From positions 1-26,603 of the forward strand of contig JBHGNT010000422.1 of assembly GCA_043228905.1 (NCBI GenBank): a stretch of 26,603 nt of DNA, given 5' to 3'. Position numbers and translations under genes: made by a program. Below the pieces are notes generated by a model that searched no databases, was not told the DNA's origin, and worked only from the letters and a program-made list of their open reading frames with translations. The stretch's first letter is position 1, and the number at the start of each line of letters is the position of its first letter. Source of the DNA: Azolla caroliniana (taxonomy: Eukaryota > Plantae > Polypodiophyta). Positions 10,101 through 17,699 of the stretch are shown here, piece after piece.

Positions 10101-13100
10101 GTACAGTATTTTAAGAGATGTAATTGTACAGAATTCAGATGTATGGCGCTTGATAAATCCCAACATCCTCAGAGATTTGTTGACTATGTCAGAGATATGT
10201 GGCACAAAGGAAAGATTAGAATCCAGAATAACTCCAAGGTCATTTATAGAGCCCACCTCGACCAGTGTCTCACTATTCAGTTCATAATTAAAATTCTGAA
10301 AACATCGCAGTCTAGAAAATCTGATAAACTTACATTTAGAAACATTTAGACTCATACCATTATTACGGCACCACTCAACAAAACGGTCAAGATCCTTCTG
10401 AAGGGCAATACAGTCGTTCCAATCAAAAATCTTTTTAAATATTTTCATGTCGTCGGCAAAGAGTGAGAACTTACTAGATTTAAAACAACAGGAGACATCA
10501 TTTATAAAAATGTTAAATAGCAAGGGACCGATATGTGAACCCTGAGGAACACCTGATGGAACAGGGATCTCAGAGGATATATAATTATTAACTCGAACTA
10601 TCTGTCGACGATCACTTAGGTATGTACGAAGCCAACCAAGCAAAGGACCGATTATGCCCAACAACTAAAGCTTACTTAACAGTCTCTCATGAGGCACCCT
10701 GTCAAAGGCCTTGGAAAAGTCAGTATAAATGGAGTGTACTTCAGAACCGCACTCCAAGGCCTCAAACACAGTGTCAACATAAGCAACTAAATTCAGCTCA
10801 GTATTCCTACCAGCTGTAAAACCATACTGCTCCTCAATGATGGTATTTTTTAATGCGGATGTCAAGTACTTAGTGACAAGACTTTCAAAAATTTTGGGAA
10901 TTGTGCTAATCAAACTAATGGGCCAATAGTTCTTAACATCCGACCTCTCGCCAGACTTATAAATGGGTACAACAAAACTAGTCTTCCAAAATCCAGGAAA
11001 AAGTCCACATTTAAGGGACTCATTAAATATTAAGAGCAACGGTCTAGCCAAGACAAAAGCGCAATTCTTAAGAAAAACGGGATGAATACCATCGGGCCCC
11101 GGTCCTTTGCTGGGATTAAGTTCACTCAACTCCGTATAAATATCAGAAATAGAAATTGAACATGAGGTAATATTTAAATGATTGGTGGACAAGACCTTTG
11201 GATATCCTGATGCATGGTGGTCGTTGACGGAATAGACGGAAGAAAAGTGCTTAGCGAACAGATCTGCAGCATCGTTACTCATGTCAACAGTTTGATTGCC
11301 CAAAAATACCCTGGATGGCAATTCATTTGTTCTTCGTTTCTCATTTATAAAGTTCCAAAAAGATTTCATATTCTGACCCATCCCACTCTCCACTCCCTGA
11401 ACATATTCTTGAAAGCATTTCTTTGAAAGTTTAGAGCAACTCGAGCGTAAGGTTGAAAATCTCTCATAATCGGATGGATGACCACTTGTCCTAAAGCTTT
11501 TATGTGCTAGCTTTTTTTGCACAACCAATTGTTTAAGTTCACAGGAACCACCTTGGAAATTTTCTGGCTGAAACTCTTTTTGAAGGTACAAACAGATGTA
11601 GGGCGTTATATAATTCGTTATAGAAAACATTCAGCATACTATCAACATCCAAACCCAAAAGTATGTTATCCCAAGGAACAGAACATAAATAATCATTCAG
11701 GGAGACAAAGTCGGCATCTTTGTAATTAAAATAAAAGTCACGGGCCTGGGGACTGGACTCAATAAGTTTCCTACTATGGTACTTAATCTGAAAAGAAATA
11801 GGCGGATGATTGAGATCTATATGTACTAATGGTTCAGCAACGATAACATTATAAGAACTGTGGCTTAAAACTAAGTCTAAAATTACATTATTTACATTAG
11901 TTATTTGATTACACTGAAAAAAGTTCTGATATGCACATAAATCAGAGAGTACATTAATTATTTCTAGAGTTAGAGGAGGTACATAAACATCATTATTAGG
12001 AATGGCTCTAGAACATACATCTTCATTGATCCATAAAGCCTTAGGTACATTAAAGTCACCCACAACGCAAAGTTCAGAGTCTGGAAAATCATTAGCGATG
12101 CGATCAATATCTTCTGCAAATGTCAAAAAACACTCAAGCTGGGATAGTGGAGGAAGGTAGATGGCACCGACGATAGAAGGCCCCACCGCAATAAATAATT
12201 GTTCAATGTTCTCTGAACTCTCCACACGTTTGCACTGGACAGCTCTATCAACAGCAATGAGAACACCTCCAAAACTCTTCTTTGTGCTTGTTTCTGCAGA
12301 TCGGTCTTTTCGGAAAACTGAGTATTGAGTAAGGCCTAGTTCTGAATCAAGAACATCATCAGATAGGTTGGTTTCGGTTAATATAATAATCTGGTAATCA
12401 TTGGAAGCCACACTGATCATAAGATCGGAAAGTCTCGTTCGTAAGCCACGAACATTCTGGTAATACACACTTAAGTTAGAGGTTTTAAGATTCTTGCTAA
12501 GCTGACCGTCTATTTGGAGTTTTCCGAAATGCCGACGATATGTGGGACTCCCCCTTTATATTTTATTTGGATATTTTCTCCCTTGGATTTCCTAGTCTTG
12601 TAGTCGACCAAACAGCCCTCTCGAAATCTCTTTGTTTTGGAGTCAGATCGAAATTAATATAAATGTCCCTTCCTTTAAGTTTCTGACGCTTACGAAATAA
12701 TTCCCGCACCTCCTCAGGTGAATTTAAGGTTATCTTAAGAGGTCTGGCACCTTTCGCATTTGCTTTACCCACTCTTGCAGAATGAGACACTAGAGGTGGA
12801 GTGTTAGTAAGTGCGGAAAGAACAGAAGCTATCGACTGCACATCGTTACCATTCTCAGGTACATTGTATAACATAACATTTTTGGATCTAGAATATCGAT
12901 CCTGTATTTCATTCCACACCTCATTATCACCCAGACCGGGCTGTAATGCGCCACGTAAATTGCCAGGTACCAATGATGCCTGGGAAGCACCGCCACTAGA
13001 CAAATCCGACACCCTTGTTTTAAGTTCCTTTACATCATCCATTAATAAAGGCAGTCTTTCAAGCTCGGCCTTGATCAATTGAACACTCTGTTCCAACAGG

Positions 13101-16060
13101 CTAACCCTATCTATTACACCAAGAAGTTGCTTTACGCTCAATAGACAATCCTTGCAATAAAAAGGCAAAGTGCGCTTGGAAAGTAAAACGGCTCTAATTT
13201 CAGTAGAGGTTAGTTCATTGCAGTTTTGGCAAACAAACCTCCTACAGTGGTCACACGGAAACCCAAATATTTCACCTTTTTTTTTGGGCTCCTTAGCTAA
13301 AACAGGATTATTGCATTTATAGCATTCGCCAGATGACATGGCGGTAATTGCTGAATCCAACAGGTGAAACGGACTATATATTCAAACAAAATGTACCAAC
13401 AGGAAAATCTTTACTGAATTCGATATGTGAAACAGACTATATATTCATAAAAAAGCAAAGTACTTCAAAAATTATTTAAATTGTTTAGGATTACAATGCC
13501 AGGTCGACTGCTTAATTTGATTGAAAATTGTACTGATACAGCAGATAAAAAGCACAAAACGGGCAGTAATAGACACCCTCCACTGTTAAAAAGTACTGTG
13601 CAAAAAAATCGCGATTTAAGAAGGCCGGGAAGAACGATAAAACAAACAAACTTGCGGAGCAAATGAAACACGTTTTCACTTATTATTGGTGGGCACACAA
13701 AAATGTCCGGTGTTGTGAAATATCAGGCCTTTTCTTACTCTGCAGCCAATACACATCAACAAATATAAATGATTTTATTTTAAACTCATTTGAGCTGATA
13801 TTTTAACTGAGCATGACAAAAACACTTTTTATAACTATGAGAATAATACCAAGTTATACTAAAATACTATACAAAAGACAGTTACTAGGTATAACTTTCC
13901 AGATAAAAAAGATATGTTTAGTTCAATTTAAACATACATGGAATATATTTCATATTAAAGAAAAGAATTTATAACCTTGGAGAAGAACTATCAAGTGGAT
14001 GCGATCTACACGGACTTCTCTAAGGCGTTCGACAGAATCAATCATGATTTGTTGATGGCTAGGTTACGGGCGATTGGCTTTGATGAATGTTCGGTTTCTT
14101 GGTTAAAAAGTATGTTAATTGGTAGGACACAAAGAGTCATGATTGGTAGTTACAAATCAGACATTATTAGGGTAACTTCGGGGGTTCCACAGGGTGGTCA
14201 TGGTTCCCCACTTCTCTTTAACCTTTTCATAAATGACGTAGCTCAGTGTTTGAATGAATGTAGCTTTGCGCTATTTGCAGACGATTTGAAACTTTATAGG
14301 GTGATTAAGGGACTGGATGACTGTATGATCTTACAGGATAGCCTTAACAAATTTTTATGCTGGTGTGACTCCAATGATTTGGCTCTTAATCCAAACAAAT
14401 GTAGCTCCATTAGCTTTAATAAAAGTAGGGCTAAAATTCAATATGTATACTCTATTAATGGTGTCTCTTTATTTGTTGTTGAATGTATAAAGGACTTCCG
14501 AGTCCTAATGGATAATGAGTTGTCCTTTAAGGAACACTATAGTTGTATGATTGCGAAGGCGTTTTAAATGTTGGGCTTTATTTTTAGAATTGGCAACGAA
14601 ATGTCAGTTAATACTTTAAAAGTTTTGTACTGCTCGCTAGTTAGACCTTGCCTGGAATATGCATCAACGGTTTGGTCACCTTATTATAATAATGGAACAA
14701 TTAATATTGAGAAAGTACAACATAAATTCGTTAATTACTGTTTATACAGGGATCGGCTCGCAGGGGAAAATGATATTGCCGCTAATCTTAACCTCAGATC
14801 ATTGAAGTTCAGGAGAGTAGTAGCAGACTTGTTCTTTGTTTACAAGTTGCTGAATGGGTTAGTCGATTGTCCTGCCCTGCTGAGCCGCATCAAGTTTAAA
14901 GTACCGGCACGTAACCTTCGCAGTTGTCAATTGTTTTGTATCGATTACCACCGGACTAATTATGGTATTCATTCCCCTTTGGTTAGAACTCTTAAAGCTT
15001 TAAATGGACACCCAGATTTAAATCCGTTTGGAGGCTCACTCGGTAAATTTAAAAAACATATTTGTGATACATTCCTAGACTTATTAGTGTAATTTAAATT
15101 TATAGATTATAATAGATATATATGTATTTATTTTGATAATTGTGAAGTACTGTTAAGTATTCATTTATATGCTTATAATGGGGTTTCCCGTCTATTAATA
15201 ATAATAATTTGTTACCTGCTTATATCTCGCTCTTGGTTGCCACCTCTCATATTGTGTCTGTAAAGCCTGTCCAATAGTTTCCAAAGCTTTTGAACTAGAT
15301 AATGACAATGGATCTAAAATTTTAAATCTATGCTTTTAATCTGGCCAAAAAAATGTGATTACATTATAATGTAGTTTAAGCCTACACGTAGGCTTAATAC
15401 GCTGTTTTTATCCAATTTTTTTAGATTCTACTTTTTAAGTTTATTTTAGTCTTACCTATCCAACATTCTAGTCTAGCGCAAGGTTGCGTCTTTACAACGT
15501 CTGGAGGATCCACGCCAACATTAAGGCATAAAACTAGAGCAACACTGACAGTTTTCATCTGAAAGTAATTTAATTGTTATGCAACTAAATTCTAATTAAT
15601 TTAATTCTATTATGCATTTTATTCTACGTTTTAGATATTCTTGTATTAATAATGTGGCTGAAAATTATAAGAAGAATACATCAAATGTATATATTAAGTA
15701 TAGAAAAGTGTTTGTTTTGCCCTTATAGCAAGTATATTTGGTATGTAAGTTGTTTGCCTTCTTTTTTTAACCAGTATGCTGGAAACGTTAATCGTTCTTA
15801 TAAATATTCTTTATACTGAAATATGAATTATAGTTGTATTTCAATAGCGAATAAAAATATTTCAAAATAAATTTTACCCTCTCTTTCATTCGCCATGTCT
15901 GAGTTTTCCAATCAATCCCTTCAATACTTTCAAGGTGTCTTTCTTCATCAAAAGCCAAAGGTAAATATCTGTCTGCAAGTTCATATATTTTAAGGTCTCT
16001 TTGCATTATTTCCTTTATATCTTCGGGGTTTTCCCATTCCTGCACTGGAGCCTCGGGCAT
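996..16060 (-). CDS. raptor: Raptor (regulatory-associated protein of TOR), 5' part: 13 coding exons covering the RNC domain and the start of the HEAT/ARM region; gene continues left of the window
   Basis: Spliced translation gives the hallmark Raptor motifs WRMKER|[119 protein letters not shown] and [22 protein letters not shown]. Introns are GT-AG with matching phases once homopolymer indels are corrected; the exon 6 donor is unresolved. Confidence 0.96.
1290..1830 (-). mobile_element. Two degenerate 3' fragments of RTE-clade LINEs
   Basis: Minus-strand remnants read AKLKWKFA.HNIRQ (~1440-1490) and [16 protein letters not shown] (~1640-1700), typical RTE C-terminal motifs. A short (TAGA)n tail lies near 1291-1300. 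Confidence 0.6.
2344..2419 (-). CDS. raptor: Raptor exon 12 ([25 protein letters not shown]; one extra base in a T run)
   Basis: ttccag acceptor, gtgagt donor; 76 nt versus 75 expected. Confidence 0.9.
2489..2622 (-). CDS. raptor: Raptor exon 11 ([44 protein letters not shown]; three extra homopolymer bases)
   Basis: ttttag acceptor, gtaagt donor; 134 nt versus 131 expected; conserved peptide is recovered across three +1 shifts. Confidence 0.92.
2787..4050 (-). mobile_element. 5'-truncated, frameshifted CR1/L2-group LINE (RT 3' half, C-terminal region, 3' UTR and microsatellite tail)
   Basis: [43 protein letters not shown] and GAKIYNALP occur in successive minus frames; AATAAA is followed by a (TTGAAT)n tail at ~2787-2817. 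Confidence 0.9.
2878..2942. repeat. 22-bp minisatellite x3 (AATAAAAACATTAACTAAAAGG) in the LINE 3' UTR
   Basis: Units start at 2878, 2900 and 2922. Confidence 0.85.
4050..5009 (+). mobile_element. 5'-truncated, degenerate RTE-type LINE with (GAA)n tail; last ~174 bp present three times
   Basis: [33 protein letters not shown] and [11 protein letters not shown] across frames; each 3' unit ends in AGAAAGAAGAAGAAGAA. Confidence 0.85.
4497..5009 (+). repeat. Tandem triplication (~173-175 bp) of the RTE 3' end
   Basis: GACCA(G/C)GTCGATAGAATGAAGG at 4501, 4676 and 4849. Confidence 0.95.
5056..5167 (-). CDS. raptor: Raptor exon 10 ([37 protein letters not shown]; one extra T)
   Basis: aag acceptor, G|gtaaga donor; conserved [18 protein letters not shown]; 112 nt versus 111 expected. 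Confidence 0.93.
5694..5790 (-). CDS. raptor: Raptor exon 9 ([32 protein letters not shown]; one extra T)
   Basis: ttttag acceptor, G|gtaagt donor; [13 protein letters not shown] motif. Confidence 0.92.
5868..6190 (-). mobile_element. Penelope-like element remnant (GIY-YIG endonuclease fragment, possible RT motif, hammerhead-like motif downstream)
   Basis: Minus strand ~6040-5950 reads SGVY/(shift)[23 protein letters not shown], the PLE GIY-YIG signature. 6186-6159 reads DIIS/MYPNI, like the PLE RT DVxSLYxNI motif. CTGAAGATG...CGAAAACGTTA follows at 5905-5874. Confidence 0.75.
5870..5912 (-). ncRNA. Degenerate minimal type I hammerhead-ribozyme-like motif of the Penelope remnant
   Basis: Core boxes CUGAAGA (5905-5899) and GAAA (5883-5880), followed by palindromic AACGUU, just 3' of a PLE endonuclease remnant; stems I and II pair poorly. 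Confidence 0.5.
6432..6614 (-). CDS. raptor: Raptor exon 8 ([60 protein letters not shown]; three extra homopolymer bases)
   Basis: ttttag acceptor, G|gtaagt donor; removing one T, one T and one G restores the conserved C.P.SSP.LPPTY.H.MW.AWD segment. Confidence 0.95.
6715..6817 (-). CDS. raptor: Raptor exon 7 ([33 protein letters not shown]; two extra homopolymer bases)
   Basis: ttttag acceptor, G|gtattt donor; [17 protein letters not shown] motif. Confidence 0.93.
6850..8045 (-). mobile_element. 5'-truncated, degenerate CR1-clade LINE with (TAA)n tail
   Basis: [59 protein letters not shown] and [17 protein letters not shown]; (TAA)n tail at ~6852-6872; same family as 23640-24232. Confidence 0.92.
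8303..8519 (-). CDS. raptor: Raptor exon 6 (...[56 protein letters not shown]); 3' boundary unresolved
   Basis: tttcag acceptor at 8522-8520; strongly conserved core; one extra C in a C run; frame meets TAG at 8302-8300 with no clean phase-2 donor. Confidence 0.88.
8916..9061 (-). CDS. raptor: Raptor exon 5 ([49 protein letters not shown]; one base missing near 8972)
   Basis: tttcag acceptor, gtaagt donor; 146 nt versus 147 expected. Confidence 0.95.
9153..9296 (-). CDS. raptor: Raptor exon 4 ([48 protein letters not shown])
   Basis: ttag acceptor, gtaggt donor, 144 nt open, phase 0/0. Confidence 0.96.
9697..12525 (-). pseudogene. Element A ORF2: AP endonuclease + reverse transcriptase, broken by frameshifts (~11540, ~10045) and an in-frame TAG (10665-10667)
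   Basis: YQNVRGL, LTET, VGDFN, ILDLV (APE); [46 protein letters not shown] (RT and C-terminus). Confidence 0.93.
12510..13339 (-). CDS. Element A ORF1 (PHD-like zinc finger, coiled coil, RRM/CTD-like region); one-base frameshift near 12605
   Basis: ATG at 13339; Cx2C-x19-Cx2C-x4-Cx2C-x21-Cx2C; [26 protein letters not shown]. The shifted frame continues ...[20 protein letters not shown] to TAG at 12512-12510. Confidence 0.88.
13977..15207 (+). mobile_element. 5'-truncated CR1-group LINE (element C) with one in-frame stop (14565-14567), 3' hairpin and (TAA)n tail
   Basis: [50 protein letters not shown]; tail at 15195-15208. Confidence 0.95.
15216..15313 (-). CDS. raptor: Raptor exon 3 ([33 protein letters not shown])
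   Basis: tttag acceptor, CAG|gtaaca donor, phase 1/0. Confidence 0.96.
15456..15558 (-). CDS. raptor: Raptor exon 2 ([34 protein letters not shown])
   Basis: tttcag acceptor, G|gtaaga donor, phase 0/1. Confidence 0.97.
15878..16060 (-). CDS. raptor: Raptor first coding exon (MPEAP...[29 protein letters not shown])
   Basis: ATG at 16060 in AAAATG context; LPLAF..RH..IEG and WRMKER motifs; AGG|gtaaaa donor. Confidence 0.93.
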
Positions 16061-16149
16061 TTTATAGATCCCGATTTTGACTTAAAAACTTATTGGTTTA
16101 TGTTTTTTTCATACAGTAAAAAAAATTAAAACGCATTTAAATCACCTGA

Positions 16150-16570
16150 AACACACATGGCACAACAAAAAAACATTTTAAATGTCAGTCAATGTGTCAA
16201 CTTGTCAAGAAACGTCAAAAAGCCGGTCAAAGGTTTCGGAGGGCGAATTTTCGTGGAGCTACTTATAAACCGGTTTGACAGCGCCATCTTAAGAATATCA
16301 GAAAATCTTGTTTATATAACTGCGACATCATTCCAAACCTAAATAAATAAAATTAAACAGAAAAATACTAAATATATTTTAATTAGGGGGTAAAACATAA
16401 TATTTTTTAAATTAATAAACAGTGCGAACTACTGTGTAGTGAGTGGTAGTATCTCGAAAATTTGTATAAAAAAAATTTAGGACTAAATCTATATTGTTAA
16501 AATAGCCAAGAGAACGGCCCAAACATTCTTTTGTAGTTTGTAATTTAAACGCTAGATGGCATAACTGACA
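16150..16570. promoter_or_regulatory. Probable Raptor promoter (possibly once shared with Rrp41)
   Basis: Immediately upstream of the first coding exon; six GTCA copies in 16184-16229; GCGCCATCTT (YY1/Pho-like) at 16281-16290 and AGATGGC at 16554-16560. Confidence 0.45.
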
Positions 16571-16815
16571 CGAAGATGCATACAATTCACATTATGTGAA
16601 AAAATACAATAATACAAAAATTTAACCTCAAAACGTGTGTTTTGTTTACATTTATAAAATTTTGAAAATTAAATTTGAGTCTAAGTTCTTCGTCTGAAAT
16701 TGATTGTGATGGTGGAGTGACTTTTAATTCTTGTCTATTTTCTGAAAGTGTAAATATCCTTACCAGGTGCGAGCTTTAAACAGGATATTGTGCAAAACCT
16801 GGACTTAACCTCAAA

Positions 16816-17699
16816 ATGTCGGCCGCATGCAACAAGTGTTCAACAAATTGCATTTTTAAAGAGCCAAAAAGTGCAGGAGAGGTATTTGGCTATCCATGTG
16901 ACTTTTGCAAAAAGGTACTTTGCAGGACTTGTAGTGGAATTAGTTCTACCGAAATAAGATGTTTGATATTATCTACAAGAAATCTGCCCTACCTTTGCCC
17001 CAACTGCATCCCAGGAATTAAAAATGCACTAAGTCTAGACACTCGAGTTAGTGCCCTGGAAAGCGCTTTAAGCGAGGTTAAAATTGCTAGCATGCAGAGA
17101 ATTGATGAATTTGAGAATCGGATCTCCGATATAAGAGAAGAAGTTAAAAACTTGAATACGAGCTTTCAAATCATGTTCGAGGACATTAAAAAGGACCTAA
17201 TGGATATCAAGGATACTACATCAAAGACTACCAATAATATTGGTGAAAGCGGGTACTCCCGAGGTTACAGTACTGCGGTTGTTCATAGCAAGGTTCTTCA
17301 GGAGGTCTCAGAACGTCAAAAGAGATCTTGTAATCTGATGTTATTTAATTTTCCTGAAGAAAATGTGGAAGATTTATCTAAAGCAAACAATTTTTTAACC
17401 GATTTAATTGGTTCACCTATAAATGTTATTGGGGCATCTAGAATTGGTAAGAGAAACAAAAATGGTCACCAGTCCTTAAGACTTACCCTTGATTCTCCAG
17501 AAGCTGTTCTTAGAGCGTTAAGGTGTAAAAGAAGGATTGATCGAAGTCTGGGAATATTCATGGAGGCTGATTTAACAACTGAAAAGCGTAATGAGCTGAA
17601 TGCCCTCAAAAATGAGCTGAAAGATAGGCAGCGTAATGGAGTGTCTGATCTTATTCTCAATATGTGAATGGAGTACCCAAACTGGTAAAAAAAAACTAA
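16816..17699 (+). CDS. Element B ORF1 (PHD-like zinc finger, coiled coil, RRM/CTD-like region); as written stops at 17667, likely true end 17699 after a one-base loss near 17659
   Basis: Same cysteine spacing as element A ORF1; RSCNLMLFNFPE, RIGK, DLT. The shifted frame gives (K)YVNGVPKLVKKN*, homologous to [10 protein letters not shown] in element A. Confidence 0.9.

Larger units (their letters stand above)
9427..13708 (-). mobile_element. Full-length but disrupted CR1-group LINE (element A) in Raptor intron 3
   Basis: 5' UTR, ORF1 with zinc finger, ORF2 with APE and RT, 3' hairpin and (TAAA)n tail at ~9427-9446; 5' end approximate. Confidence 0.95.

Noticed and set aside
9421-13715. GGTGT target-site duplication for element A (9421-9425 and 13709-13713)
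   Set aside because: Only 5 bp and the 5' end is not independently known; could be chance.
15377-15396. Palindrome TAAGCCTAC-AC-GTAGGCTTA in Raptor intron 2
   Set aside because: Short and isolated, with no supporting context.
996-16060. Raptor as a pseudogene
   Set aside because: Lesions are single-base homopolymer indels confined to one interval, with conserved residues and splice sites; consensus error is more parsimonious, though unproven without reads.
16157-16342. 61-aa plus-strand ORF as a gene
   Set aside because: No recognisable motif or splice partners; overlaps the probable Raptor promoter.
17636-17638. ATG 17636 as the real ORF2 start
   Set aside because: It is in frame only because of the apparent one-base loss near 17659 that also truncates ORF1, and element A has no equivalent ATG; not fully excluded without reads.
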